Source: Podarcis bocagei (lineage: Eukaryota). From it: a DNA stretch of 64,000 nucleotides. Where the stretch lies: NCBI GenBank assembly GCA_964188305.1, contig OZ076893.1; one strand, written 5' to 3'. Positions within the stretch are counted from its first letter, which is position 1; each line of letters opens with the position of its first letter. The translations under genes were made by a program, and so were the position numbers. This document shows positions 27,629-41,271 of the stretch, piece after piece. The notes under the pieces are model-generated. The model was given only the letters and a program-made list of their open reading frames with translations. It searched no databases and was not told the DNA's origin.

Positions 27629-27866
27629 AAGGTAAAGGTGCCCCTGACCATAAAGTTCAGTCGTGGACGACTATGGGGTTGCGCGCTCATCTCGCTCTAT
27701 AGACCAAGGGAGCCGGTGTACAGCTTCCGGGTCATGTGGCCAGCATGACTAAGCCGCTTCTGGCGAACCAGAGCAGCGCATGGAAACGCCGTTTACCTTC
27801 CCACTGGAGTGGTACCTATTTATCTACTTGCACTTTGATGTGCTTTCGAACTGCTAGGTGGGCAGG
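27629..27866 (-). mobile_element. Sauria SINE, 5'-truncated
   Basis: (ACCTTT)n tail; 12-bp TSD aatatctaagta at 27617-27628 and 27867-27878. Confidence 0.9.
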
Positions 27867-27951
27867 AATATCTAAGTAGACTAATTGAAATTAATGAACA
27901 TAACTAAGTTAGGTCCATTAATATCAACGGTTCTACTCTCAGGAAAATTTA

Positions 27952-28540
27952 CCGTATTTTTCGCCCTATAGGACGCACTTTTTCCCCTCCAAAAATGAAG
28001 GGGAAATCTGGGTGCGTCCTATGGGGCGAATGCAGGCTTTTGCTGAAGCTTGGAGAGCGAGAGGGGTCGGTGCGCACCAACCCCTTTCGCTCTCCAGGCT
28101 TCAGGAACACATCCGCAGCCTAGGCAGCCCTGCGGGAGGTCCCGCAGGGATGTCTAGGCTGCGGATAGCAGCCTGCCGCCCAGCGCGAGGGGCGCCCTGA
28201 AGCAGAGCGCCCCCCGTGCCCGGCAGACATCCGCAGTGTGGGGAGCCTTGCAGGAGTTCCCCGCAAGGCTCCCCATGCCGCGGATAGCAGCCTGCCGCCC
28301 GGCGGGCGGGGTGCCCTGTTACAGAGCGCCCCTCGCGCCGGGCAGACATGGGCCAGCCCCACAAGCTCGGGGGACAGCAGGGAGGCGCCGCGCCGCCATC
28401 CCGCTGTTCCTCGACCTGGTTCGGTTTCCCCGACCTGCTTTTGGGGGGGAAATAAAGGGAAAATTTTTTTCCTTTATTTCCCCCCAAAAAAACTAGGTGC
28501 GTCCTATGTGACGGAGTGTCCTATGGGACGAAAAATACGG
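27952..28540. mobile_element. CCGTA-terminated (Tc2/pogo-like) MITE with GC-rich internal repeats
   Basis: TIRs ccgtatttttcg-cc-atagga; internal duplicated gcggatagcagcctgccgccc. Confidence 0.85.
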
Positions 28541-28853
28541 TGGTTGAATCGCAGCCAGTGTGTGCTATATGAGCTATATCAAAACTATATTTCTGTATCT
28601 CCAGGAAGAATTAAATACAGCACTGAGCAGATTTCCTGATGGAAAAGGTTTGCTCCATGTGCTGCTTTGAGGGCTTTCCCACCTAACCTGAGACAATTGG
28701 GGGAGGGGGAGGGGGAGAAGGTCCTCTTGCACTAGTTGAAGTCCTTGCGTGGGCTTCTTCTGGTGTGATCAGTTAGTTGAATCCAGCCCTACATCAACTT
28801 ACGTTTTTGGAATCTTCATGCCATTGTAAGAAAGGTAAATGTTGTCTTCCCAG

Positions 28854-29643
28854 TTAAAAGAAAAGGCCCACATTGAAACCAAAGCTAGAGAAAAGGAACA
28901 CCATCAGCTACTAGAACAGCAACAGCAAGAAGATAGAGGGGCACAACAACTACAAGAGTTACAAGACATTAAGAAAAAGAAGAAAGAGAGGACCAGCACA
29001 AACTGCCAACAAGTACAGGTGCATACTCAGAATTGTCAAGTAAGGATGAAGCCTTCCCCTGACATCCCAGAAAACATTCAGAATGAATTCCTTGATGAAA
29101 TAGAAACATCATCTGAATCACTGTCTAAACATGCAGATCATGTTGAACAGGGGCAAGTTTATGAAAAGCGCTTTGACCCATCAAATCCAATAAATGGTAG
29201 AGACTCAAAATTGCTTTTCAATACAGAGATGACTGTGAAATCACATGAACCCCTTTCTTTGCTTCTTAACATAATGCATCACCACACAGAAGATAACAAC
29301 AAAGAGCAGATAACACAAATAAATGATCTGTTTTCTCAACGATTGAAAAAGTCATCCAAAGCAACTGATACACAGACTCCACCTAAAATAAAAAACAAAA
29401 TAAATTCTAAAATAAAAGTGGCAGAACTTCAGTCACTTGCCGTCTCCAAAAAAGAGGAGAAAAAAGTAAGCACAAATAAAGCAAAGCAAATTAATCCTGT
29501 GACAAAGTCACCTTTTGTGAGAGGCTCCTTATTTCCAAATGAACAGCTGCATAATAAGCTTCTACTACAAGAATCTCCACAGCCAAAAGGCAAGAGCAAG
29601 AAAAATAAGAAAAAGAAAAGTGACAAAGGGAACTCCTCAATTG
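28854..29643 (+). CDS. FAM193A: FAM193A-like large exon (LKEKAHIETKARE...ESPQPKGKSKKNKKKK...NSSI)
   Basis: ttcccag/gtaagc junctions, 790 nt open, phase 0 to 1; HEPLS and ESPQPKGK-KKNKKKK motifs. Confidence 0.92.
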
Positions 29644-29850
29644 GTAAGCCTCTATTTCATTAGCTAGTTGTGTATTTTAAATAGTTTAATGCTTCCAAAA
29701 CATCTCTGGTCACATTGAGGACTATCTGAAATAATCCTGAAACTGAGAAGTCGCCTCCTGTGCTTAGTTGAGAAGTGTTGCAGCTCAGGGGTAGAGTACA
29801 TGATTTGCATGGGAAAGATCCCTGCTTCAACCCCTGTCATCTCCAGGTGG

Positions 29851-30007
29851 ACCTTAAAGACCAACTAAGTTAGTTCTTGGTATGAGCTTTCGTGTGCATG
29901 CACACTTCTTCAGATACCTGAAGAACTAACTTAGTTGGTCTTTAAGGTGCTACTGGAAGGAATTTTTTTATTTTGACTATGGCAGACCAACACGGCTACC
30001 TACCTGT
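29851..30007. mobile_element. Penelope-like element terminal fragment, palindromic
   Basis: 28-bp perfect inverted arms (29851-29878 and 29921-29948); 12-bp TSD atctccaggtgg; PLE-like end ggcagaccaacacggctacc. Confidence 0.8.
29879..29918 (-). ncRNA. Minimal type I hammerhead ribozyme motif
   Basis: GGUAU-CUGAAGA-A-GUGUGCAUGCACAC-GAAA-GC-UC-AUACC: stem I, core, stem II, palindromic AGCU stem III. Confidence 0.75.
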
Positions 30008-30908
30008 ATCTCCAGGTGGGGCTGAGAAAGGCCTCACTCTCACACCGCAAAGATCCTCAGCAAGTCAGTGCAGACAATACTAAATTAGATGGACCTGATG
30101 GTCTGACTCATTACAAGGCAGCGTCGTATGTGTACAACAGTCTCTTTTTTATGAAATTATATCTTGTGCAACACACAAGCACCCCCCCCCCCAGTGCATA
30201 GGCACCAACTTTTAAAAAAGAACAACACAATCTGGCTTCCCTCCTCTCATTCATACTCCATTCAGCAACTAAGCTTGAAAAAAGCATATGAGAATTTCTT
30301 TTCCTAGCCTTAAATGCTGGTGGATGGGGCTGTGATTTTCATGGAGATTGCAGCTGGGGCAAGGGAAAGGTAATTTCTCTCTCCAGGTGCAATCTTCATG
30401 CAGATTCCCACTCACCCCATTCTTGAAAACAGCCTTCCATTGACATAAATAGAAAGCTGTTTTCAAGCTTATTTGTCACCCGGGGGTGGGGTGATTTTTG
30501 GTGGGGAAATTGTGGCACATGAGGAAAGAGGAGTCAGCTTTCCCCTCCAGTGCTGCAGTTGCACTTGAACATAGTTTTCTGTTGGCCCTAACAGAAGATT
30601 CCCGCTGTGGCGGAGAATACCTGGCAAAATGGGAAGACTCCGCACACCAGAGTTACCTAATAGATTGGTGGCTCCCCCCCCTCTGCCTTAGGGTGCTTCT
30701 TGCTGGCCCTATTTCAGTGGTCACTGGTCACGTTACAGAAGTCCCCAACTTAAACTTAAGAATGTGGCTAAGTTCTAAAGACCAAAGTTCTTAAATATCC
30801 TATACCAGATTAAAAGGCTTAATTACTTCAGGTTGCATGTTTCCATTTGTTTCCTTGGGAAAAGAGGTAATTGAAAATAATCTTGTTTTTACAATGTGTT
30901 TTTTGCAG

Positions 30909-30990
30909 ATGATGTGTTTTTGCCCAAAGATGTTGACCTAGACAGTGTGGAAATGGACGAAACTGAGCGGGAAGTTGAACATTTTAAAAG
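30909..30990 (+). CDS. FAM193A: FAM193A-like penultimate coding exon (DDVFLPKDVDLDSVEMDETEREVEHFKR)
   Basis: ttgcag/gtaagt junctions; FAM193 C-terminal domain. Confidence 0.95.
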
Positions 30991-31595
30991 GTAAGTAAGT
31001 GCCATATGGCTGTCTTGTTGCTATTATGGCCCAAATAAAAACTCCCAACTGGTTTTAGGCATAGCTAAATAGCATCTAGGGTTGCATTCTGTTGAGGTAC
31101 GCTTGTGCCCAGGCAACACTCTCTACTGGTGGAACAGAGTGTTCAGGGCATTGATACTGAGATCAACTAAGAAGTGCGCTAGACAGGGAACAAATGGAAG
31201 TGGTAGATTGAGCTTCTGGGGGCCTGGATCACAAGTTGTGTTTACTTGCCTTAAAATAAGGACAAGCATCCTTACAATAGAAGGTAGGTTTAGAACTTCA
31301 GCTAGATCTCTGGGCCGTTTGAAGTAGATCAGCTAAGCTTTGTGATTCTCAAATGTCTAAAATAGCAGCAACTAAGAAGCTCCCTTCACCTTGCAAAAGA
31401 AAAAAAAAGAGGTTTGCTGGGAAATAATGCCTTGGTGGGTGGGAACAGGAGTTGATTTTTTCCATAAAATAACTTGTGGCCTTTATTGTGGCACTGATAA
31501 CAAATTCTGGGCAGAACTTGCAGGCTGAAGTCTCCATATTAGGCAAGTGAACGCATACTGTTTTGTACCAGTTGGTGACTCTTGGGGTTGTAGTA

Positions 31596-32282
31596 CAGTG
31601 GTACCTTGGTTCTCAAACTTAATCCATTCCGGAAGTCCATTCCAAAACCAAAGCGTTCCAAAACCAAGGCGCACTTTCCCATAGAAGGTAATGCAAAACA
31701 GATTGATCCATTCTAGACTTTTAAAAACAATCCCTAAAACAGAAATTTAACATAAATTTTACTATCTAACAAGACCATTGATCCATAAAATGAAATAAAT
31801 AATCAATGTTTTATACTATAAAATAAATAAGACAGTAGTGCAGATGGTAAATATTAAAATTAATTCTTTTCCTTACCTGCACATGATAGTCATTGTTTGG
31901 ATGGAGGGCTTTTATCCATTTCCGCAGTCACACAATCAATCATAAAACGAAAAACAAGCCACAGTCACAAAAATGAAAAAGCCACAAAAACACAAAAACA
32001 AAAGCACCAAATATCACCTCAGAACACTGCAATCAGAAACGGAAGGCTTTAATTACAATGGGGGGGCCAGATGAGTGGTGCAAGGGCAGACGTGAGAAGA
32101 AAAAAGGCTTAATTACTATGCGGGGGACTGAAATTTGCTGTGCAACAGTAAAAATGGAAGTTCAGGAGCACATTTGGCTTCCAGGGCAAAGTTAGAAAAC
32201 CGGAACACCTACTTCCGGGTTTGCAGCGTTCGGGTTCTGAATTGTTCCGGAACTAAGCTGTTCGAAAACCAAGGTACCACTG
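31596..32282. mobile_element. Tc1/mariner (Tigger-like) non-autonomous element
   Basis: TIRs CAGTGGTACCTTGGTT, TA flanks. Confidence 0.85.
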
Positions 32283-34549
32283 TATTTAAAACACAGTAGA
32301 TCCTGCAAGCCTGAGATCTGCCCACCTGTGCCTTACAGTTTCAACTGAAGCGTTCTCATCGTAAATCTTGGGAAGGCTCAACGTTTTTCTCTGCCCAAAC
32401 TTGCAAGATGCTGTAAGACTATTTCATATTCTTGCAACAGGGGAAACACTAGCCTCCTCCTTTCAGAGGCTCTAGGTCAGTGGGTGAATGTGGTGTACAA
32501 AACATCATTTTGGTAATACCCCCCAGAGACAGCAGGGGGCAGGACCCTTGCATTGTAGGGGGTTGGACTAGATGACCCTTGGGTGCCTTTCAACTCTGCA
32601 GTTCTATGATTCCATGTCATACTCCATCCATCAGTGTAGCCATTCCTCTTATTCATGCATCCATGAGGCCCATCTCTTCACCATCCAGCCCCCACCACCT
32701 CTCAGCCACCCACACATGGGTAGATGAATACATGCATGCATTTACTCTCTTATCTATCAACACAGCCTTCTAATATATAAATAGACACTTGCTTCCCATA
32801 TAAAAACAGACATTAAATGCTTGACCAGTAAAGAGTTTGAAGTCAATTTTATTATTCATTTCTTTTATTTTATTTATGAATCACTTTCCATGAAACATCC
32901 TCAATCGATTTAACAATAAAAACATATATAGAAATCAAGTTGAAGGCCAAAATAGATGCAGACTGACATCAAAATCCCCACTTTTTTTAAATAAAAAAGC
33001 AGTGTCTCTTTTTTAACATCTGAGATGCCACAAGCTGTTATAGTCGTCTCAGACCTTATTTCAATTTTGATTATTCTACTAATTCACTTAGAATTAGGCT
33101 AAAAATATTGTTCAACATATGGAAAGTTTTCCCTTCTGACTTTCAACAGATTAAGACTTCTCATTATAATACATATCCACCATTGCTGAGTGCTTTCTTT
33201 TTATTTTCATCTGATATTTTGTTAGTAGCATTTAGTAGCATTAATTATTTCTAAAAGTGGGTCAGTATCTCTTAGGAGTCTTCCCAGATTTGCTGCCACT
33301 GGTGAAACTGTGCACAAGTTTCCAGTGTAGCAGCCTTCTTTTCTAAGCAGCTAGAAGGACTCATAAAATAAAAATGCTCCCCTTCTTACTTTCTGTGAAA
33401 GGCTTATACATGTGTGCTTTTAACTACAAAGCACACTTTATTCACAAGCAGCCCATAACTTCAGTTCTCTGCACTGTTATACAATACCTCTGCAGAAACA
33501 GAGAATGGACAAACTAAAACTCACAAAGCAGAAACCTACCCTAGTAACTACTTTTATATATTACAGCAAATGAGAGGGTGGCCGCATATGCCCACTGCTG
33601 TATTGTTCAGTCTTTCCATTTCTGTAATACTAAATCTGGCTGAATCGAAAAATACAAATATGTTTATCCCACATGTGTAAGACCATGCACCTTCTTGATA
33701 TATGTTTTTTTCACAACACATTTATGAGGTAGGTATACTGAAAGCATGATTTGTCCAAGCAGAAAGCAGAGTAGGGATTTGAAGTTGTACCCAAATAGTA
33801 CTGCATCTAAACGTTGTAAGCTTAATCATTGGGACTGAGGCATTGAACTCTGCTCCATATATAAAAATGCATGCATAGTTGCATCAATGTTTAGGTTCCA
33901 AAGACTTTAAAATGAGCACTGGGCAACAGGCACTGTTAGCAGGGTTAATGAAGTCAGCTGTAGAACTGAGATCATATTCCAATATGGGGGGGGGGTCATC
34001 ATTTTCACTCTAGTGCCACCCTCGGGGCCTCTTAGCCCAGGCATTGGGAGCCCGTGGCTCTCCACATGTGGCTGGAGTTCAACTCCCACTTGCTTTGCTA
34101 GCAGGGGCTGATTGGAGCTGAAGTGCAGCAACGTCCGGAGGGCCACAAGTTCCCCATCCCTGTTCTAGCACAATCAAATGAGATTAAACGTTGGTTCATA
34201 GCCTCTAGGTCTCAGTCAGCAACACATTTTAATAGCAGCTGTTAGGGGGCCAGAAGCATTGGTTCTGCTTACTGACTTGCCACATTGGCTCATTGCAAAA
34301 TGCAGACAAAGGTATCTGTAAATCGACTTTAAAAGAAGTCTTTGCTATATATATATATATATATATAATACAACATTAGTTATCATGTCAAATCATTCAG
34401 CCTTCTTCCACCCTAGGGTGGGTGTTAATGCACTCTTTTTTAGCTGAAGTTTAAGCAACTCTACTCAAGTATTAACAAGTTACATTTTATATAGCTAGTA
34501 ATTAGAAATCTAATAATTATCAAAGGAAATTGTAATGTAGACATGATGA

Positions 34550-34696
<147 letters not shown>

Positions 34697-36714
34697 AGGA
34701 CACAACATGGATATGAATGTTGTGGGATCTAATTACTAACTGTACTCCCTGTGCTGAGAACTGCTGTGGCCTTGAGACAAGTACCTTCATTAGCAGTGCT
34801 GTGTGGATCTTCACTGGTCATCTAGCCTTTCCCCTGATTATGCTAGAAGGCTGCAGAATTGCTGCTTTCTAACTACGTATGTTAGTTTCTGTGATTGAAG
34901 TCTGTGAATGAGACTTATCTGACTATAGTCTGCAGTTGCTGGAATTGGAACAACAGCATGTTTCCAGTTTCTGGAGATACCTTGGCTTTTCCCATTTTGC
35001 TATGACTTGTCCTTTAAACAGAGCAATGAATCCAACTAGTTTTGCTCTTTCCTTATAGACTTCTTTAAAGAAATTGTCATAGAGAAAATTCCTCTTTTGG
35101 GACAAGCATTTACTTTTGTTTTTCACAATCTACTGTTGAGAATGTACAAGTTAAGCAATTTGTGTTTTGATTCCCAATTTGTAGCCAGCTTGTGTAAAAA
35201 TACTTGCAAGAGGAAGTTTAGCAAATGAGTACTTGCATATCAAATCAGTAAAACTGTATAACTGTATTAACGCTGAAGCCTATTGGCTGATTTTTTAACA
35301 TATTGTTAAATAATATTAAGATCATGCCTTTCTTGTTGAAAGATGGAATACATTAGTAATCACAAAAGACTCATGCTCTGTTTTGTGTTTCATTGCTGCC
35401 GTGGTAGATGGTGGTGGGAAGTTGGTGTGTTATAGATGAGGGAGGGTTCATGTAGTTTTTGTTTTTATGTGTTTGGACAGCTACCCTTGGGGAAAACATT
35501 GTGCAAAAATCGCTAACAAATAACAGCTGTGAAAAATTTTAGCTGTTATGATTAGGTTGTTGAACTGCAACTGCAACAGAGGCAGCAATTCAGAAGCAAA
35601 TAATGTAATTGCTATAATACCTGAATTAATTTATAATCCTAGAAACAGTGTGAACCCATCTCATATCTGCTGCAGTTGTCACATCTCTGTGTGCTGGTTG
35701 AGCACAGCACTCTGCTGGTGGAGCAGTATATTTCTACATCTAATATAAGCCTTCTAGCTCAGTGGAGGAAAGGAAGCTAGGCAGGATGTGATGCTCACTC
35801 AGAGGGTTGGTCCTGCCCACAACTATGGTGTGATGTTACCTTTGGAAAGAAAGTTAATGAAGATCCCCTCCCTCCAAACCCTTCTCCAGCTGCATTTGAA
35901 GACAGGATTCTTTGCAACTGTTAGAAATGCATGACCAGGAGTATAAAAAAACCTAGCCAGGGAACTTTGCTCTCAGACATTAAGACATCACTTGGCCACC
36001 AATTCAAGAATACTCAAGAGGGGACTTTGATGATGGGGAGCTCTGCATAAAAAGGCAACTCAACAGCCAAGATAAACACAAATAATAAAGGGCAGATAGG
36101 TGATGTTTATCTTTTCAGATTCCCTGCCCAGGATTTCAAACACAAGCAACTGCCAGGAACTTCAAGGTCACTTCTGCAGCTGGGGATGCAAGGACAAGAC
36201 TTCCTGCACAGGTAAGCAAATGAGAAGTTGCTTGTGCATTCAAATGTGGCTGTCTGCACCCTCCTTCCTTCTCCTGAGAAATAGATTTTGTGTGCTCCAT
36301 TGAAATTAAAATATGCCAAATTAACAACGACCACAGTGAAATGAACTTAGAGTAAGGCAACAGTGACTGGTTATTCCCCCCCCCCATCAATATGAGTACT
36401 TTTCAAAGAAAAAATAGAGGTTTCTTGGCCAGTTGAGAACCACAGCTGGGAAGGACCATACCTCAATAGTACAGTGCATGTTTTGCATTTAGGAGACAAC
36501 AGTTCCAGGTAAAATATCCAGTATTTGCATTTAAAGGATCAGATACGTTGGAGAGTCACCATAAGTCAAGAGTATACAATATTAGGTTAGATTAATCATT
36601 GGTCTGATTTACAAAGCGGTTTCATGTGTTTATATCCCAAAGAGAAAAACAAATACCTTACAGCATTCCCCCACATTGATTAAAAATAAAGTTACACCTT
36701 TTTAAAATGTTTCT

Positions 36715-36746
36715 TCAATTTTCATGTGTAATACATTTTGCAGCAC
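36715..36746 (-). CDS. ECSCR: Candidate ECSCR terminal coding exon (GAAKCITHEN* if spliced directly)
   Basis: ttttccag acceptor; reading frame depends on whether an unidentified small exon intervenes. Confidence 0.35.
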
Positions 36747-37425
36747 CTGGAAAAACCAACATGGCAAAATTAGAAGGCCTCAGAGCTCTAGGTACAGAAT
36801 GTAAAATAAGCCTTACTCTTTGGGTTCTGTGCCTAGATCAGTGTTTAAACAAAGTAATTACCCCTCTCTCTCCCCAAAAACAACTTTATCTAAAGTACAA
36901 TCCTTCTGCTGTCTGTATGGGACAATTGTCTAAAGGGAATCATGTATAGTCTTGGTCAAGAAGACCATGTATAGTCTTCCTGAATCCGAACTCACAGGGA
37001 GTTAAGTCTTTTGCATCATGTCTTTTACATTGTAAATCTCTATACAGTACAGGTATTGTCTTCATTTAATGTGTACAATGCTGAGTAAATTCTAGGTACT
37101 ATACAAATGATAAATAGCTTGCTAGAAAAACATAAGCTACAAGGTTCAAGGCACGCACTTGTGTGGCCATATGCGCAGAAGTCTTGGGACAGGTTTAATA
37201 GGAATCTAATGCCTTACTATAATTCTTTAAGCCAGTTATCATCATAAAGTATAATCCCCAAAATAATCTAAGAGTCACAGCAAATAATTGTGTCTTATCC
37301 CTGGGGAATAGTCACTTACAATACTTTTTTGCTTTTATAAATAGTGGGGTTCTAATTAGTCACTCCCACTAAGACTTGCTTATCAAATAGAAAACCGTTG
37401 GGTTTCCCCAACCCTTACACCTTAC

Positions 37426-37508
37426 CTTGGCTGTTGCTTATGTTTAAGTCTTTCATGGAGACCAGCATGACATTTTTCTTGCCAACTGCAGCTTCAGCAT
37501 CAGAGCAG
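37426..37508 (-). CDS. ECSCR: ECSCR cytoplasmic exon (CSDAEAAVGKKNVMLVSMKDLNISNSQ)
   Basis: gggcag/gtaagg junctions, phase 2 to 1; aligns with human CSTANGEKDSITLISMKNINMNNG. Confidence 0.82.
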
Positions 37509-38028
37509 CTGCCCAAAAATAGAGGATGCATCCAATGTTACTTTATCTGGCTACCTCATGAGAAAATGTGTTTTTCCTTGCAGGTGACTAACACTGAAGA
37601 GCTAGACATCTCAGTGGATTAGGAAGCACTGATGTGTAGCTTGTTCTTTACTTTCATTCTGCCAATGCTATGAACAAAAGCCACAGCATGTTTTGCTCAG
37701 TAAATGTTCTAAAGACTCTAATCCTTCTGTCCATTTATGGAGTTTCAACTTAAGAAGCTTCATCCAAATCTGAAATCTATTGCTTTGGATTTAGAAATAT
37801 TTTAATGTAGTGGGACATATTGTAATGTTTGTGCAGGATGTGCTTTTATTGGTGTTGGTATCATTTCTTGCCATCTCTCTTTTACTTAACCAAGCAGCCA
37901 GGCAGACTCTCATTGCTGTGTGTGATGTTTCTCTGCTGCTAGGAAGGTAGATCATCAAACTTTGATTGTACAAGTCCCTTCTTCCTCAATCCCCACACTC
38001 GCTTAATAAGAAATGTGATTTTACAGTA

Positions 38029-38231
38029 TAGTTGTACCTCAGAAGTTGAACAGAATCCATTTGGAAGTCCGTTCGACTTCCAAAACCTTCATAAACCAAG
38101 GCGCGGCTCCTGCAGCCAATCAGAAGTCGTGTCGGACGTTCGGCTTCCAAAGAACATTAGCAAGCTGGAACACTCACTTCCGGGTTTGTGGCGTTTGGGA
38201 GCCAAAGCGTTTGACTTCCGAGGTACAACTG
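38029..38231. mobile_element. Tc1/mariner-type MITE
   Basis: agttgtacctc...gaggtacaactg; inverse homology to 26056-26220. Confidence 0.7.
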
Positions 38232-39075
38232 TGCTACCATATAATTAAACGTTGCTCCATTACTTTAGTGTCATAATAATCAATAGCTGAGGGCAATAGG
38301 GAGCAATGAAGCAAGCATTTTCTCTGCCTTCAAAGCACATGACTATAAAGTCATCTCTAAATGAAATTATAGTGACTATTTGAGAAGCACTGCCATGTTG
38401 GGGGATGCCCTGGGCAACTACACTAGTTGTCATCACCCCAGACAAGATCACTTTATCCCTCCATATCCTATGAATGTACCTAAACATTTGGCTCAGCCAT
38501 AAACTCCATACAGTCATCCTAGGCAAGCTGCTGTGGGTTACATCAAAGTTAGTAGCATAGGAGTGATACCTGCATACCCTTACCACAGTGTTGTAATTAT
38601 TGCTGAGATTAGGCTTTGAAAATCACTGCATAAATAATAAGGCTGCAGTTCTAAATACCTTCACTAAAGAGTCAGTCTGATCGAACCTAGTGACACTTGT
38701 GTAAATGTGTGGTGATAGGGTTGTTTAATCTGATGTGTAACTTTACTCTTGCTGTGCCACTCTGAACTGTTCCTGCGTTTTGGATTGTTTCTGACTGTTA
38801 TTCTTTGCCGTCCCTCTCTGCAGCCACACATTCCTAAGGGTTAAGCAGAGCCCCAGACATGCAGTACTTTGGCTGTAGCTGTTCCACTGTTGACCATGTC
38901 CATTTTCATGCATTAAAACCCAAAGCTGTATTACAGCTCACATAAAGGTTTTGACCAACCTGATTTAATCAACAAGGATCACAGCCACTCTGAAAGTTAG
39001 TAGCTGAAAAACAAAACTAGCTGCAGCTTGACAGCAACTAGTAAGGAGAAAAAACTCTTAAACTTATTTTTTTAC

Positions 39076-39112
39076 CTGTAAGATACAATCGGATGTTGAG
39101 GTTTCTGTTTAT
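39076..39112 (-). CDS. ECSCR: ECSCR cytoplasmic exon (DKQKPQHPIVSYS)
   Basis: ctttgtag/gtaaaa junctions, 37 nt, phase 1 to 2; aligns with human DPQKPGSSGLSES. Confidence 0.8.
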
Positions 39113-39654
39113 CTACAAAGAGAAAAATCCATTAATAATATGCACTAAAAGATGTCTACAAATAATATACTGCCTTTCATTTACTCCTCATTTATCATTA
39201 AAATAAAAGCATATCTTGGAAGAGGCAGAAAGAATGTCCAGAGGACCCAGCTAGATGTATTAACATGCTTATTTTTGCAATTAATGTGCATGTTAAAAAA
39301 AATGCAAATAGCAGTCGCTGGTGTGTGCATCAATGATAAGGATCACAGCGGGCAGGAAAGGAGGAGTATTTAACCTTTTCCTCCCCTGCAGCAGTCATGA
39401 TGAAAACTGCTCCTCCAAAGCTGCTATTTGCTCCTGTTGGTGCTAGCTGGAATTGTAAAATTCCAGAGGACAAGGGTAAGTTAAAATATGACACATGGAA
39501 TAACGGATGAGAAGGAATTATATCAGTAAAACAAGTAGGTGGTCAAGCTGAAAGATGAGCATATAGATTAGAAGCTGAACTGGGTTTAAAATCAGAAATG
39601 TGAAGAAGTTCTGTCAGAAGAGTAAGAAGAAAGTGGATAGAATACAATTTAATT

Positions 39655-40518
39655 GGATTGAAGTTGAATGGATTGAAGTTGAATCCTGACAAGACAGAAG
39701 TACTGTTTTTGGGGGACAGGGGGCGGGCTGGTGGGGAGGACTCCCTGGTCCTGAATAGGGTAACTGTGCCCCTGAAGGACCAGGTGCGTAGCCTGGGAGT
39801 CATTTTGGACTCACAGCTGTCCATGGAGGCGCAGGTCAATTCTGTATCCAGGGCAGCTGTCTACCAACTCCACCTGGTACGCAGGCTGAGACCCTACCTG
39901 CCCGCAGACTGTCTGGCCAGAGTGGTGCATGCTCTAGTTATCTCCCGCTTGGACTACTGCAATGCGCTCTACGTGGGGCTACCTTTGAGGGTGACTCGGA
40001 AACTACAGCTAATCCAGAATGCGGCAGCTAGACTGGTGACTGGGGGCGGCCGCCGAGACCACATAACACCGGTCTTGAAAGACCTACATTGGCTCCCAGT
40101 ACGTTTCCGAGCACAATTCAAAGTGCTGGTGTTGACCTTTAAAGCCCTAAACGGCTTCGGCCCAGTATACCTGAAGGAGCGTCTCCACCCCCATCGTTCT
40201 GCCCGGACGCTGAGGTCCAGCGCCGAGGGCCTTCTGGCGGTTCCCTCATTGCGAGAAGCGAAGCTACAGGGAACCAGGCAGAGGGCCTTTTCGGTGGTGG
40301 CGCCCGCCCTGTGGAATGCCCTCCCATTGGATGTCAAGGTGATGGACAACTACCTGACATTCAGAAGACATCTTAAGGCGGCCCTATTCAGGGAAGCTTT
40401 TAATGTATGATATTTTAGTGTTTTTTGGTTTCTGTGGAAGCCGCCCAGAGTGGCTGGGGAAACCCAGCCAGATGGGCGGGGTACAAATAATAAATTATTA
40501 TTATTATTATTATTATTA
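39655..40518 (+). mobile_element. Young 5'-truncated L2-clade LINE with intact 250-aa ORF2 C-terminus
   Basis: LKLNPDKTE, LGVILDSQL, SRLDYCNAL, HITPVLKDLHWLP motifs; (TTA)n tail. Confidence 0.93.
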
Positions 40519-41271
40519 ATCAAGGAGAAATGTTCACACATTTGGGGTATGGGAAAGAGAGCACATTAAAAAACAAATATGCTTAGTGAGGGAGGACATA
40601 ATAAGGTGGGACCAAACATGAACTTGATTCAACTGTGGAGCAAGCTTACACCTTGGCTTTTCACGACATGGATGCAGAGCCAGTGCAGTGTAGCCATTAG
40701 AGTGTTGGACCAGGGCCTGGGAGACCTGGGTTCAAATCCCCATTCAGCCATGAAGCTCATTGGGTTAGTCACAGTCTCTCAGCCTAACCTGCCTCAAAGG
40801 GGTGTTGTGAGGCACAATGTAAGTCATCTTGAGCTCCTTGGCAGTAAGGTGGGACATAAATAAAGTATACAAGCTGAAGGAAATCGAGTGAAGGCAGTGA
40901 ATAAGGAAGAGTGTTCAAGTGGCATCATCAAGAACCTGAGAAGTGAATAAGGTTAAAAGTGAAGAAAGGAAGGAAAAAACCCAGGAAGCTTGAGACTATA
41001 AATTACAACCGGCCTGCAAACCGGAAAGTGGGGAATTATGGAATCATCTTGAGCAAAATGTTTGTAAGAAGAAGGGTTGAACAAGAAGCATTTTACCCAA
41101 GAAAGAACACAGAACAAGAGCTAAGCAGAGAATCAAAGTCAAGAAATGTGGATAGTGAACCAAGTCCATGGCAGACAATTGCAAGGTGGATATTAAGTGG
41201 ATAAAATGGAGACTCAGATACAATATAGCCACTTCAGGGCTATTAAAACAATGACACACACTGTTTAATAC

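Larger units (their letters stand above)
29780..30125 (+). mobile_element. tRNA-derived squamate SINE split by a Penelope-derived insertion
   Basis: gctcaggggtagag A-box-like and gcttcaacccc B-box-like head; body resumes after 30007. Confidence 0.6.

Noticed and set aside
28012-28639. GC-rich ORFs and CpG-island-like stretch
   Set aside because: Lies within a TIR-bounded MITE; not a promoter or gene.
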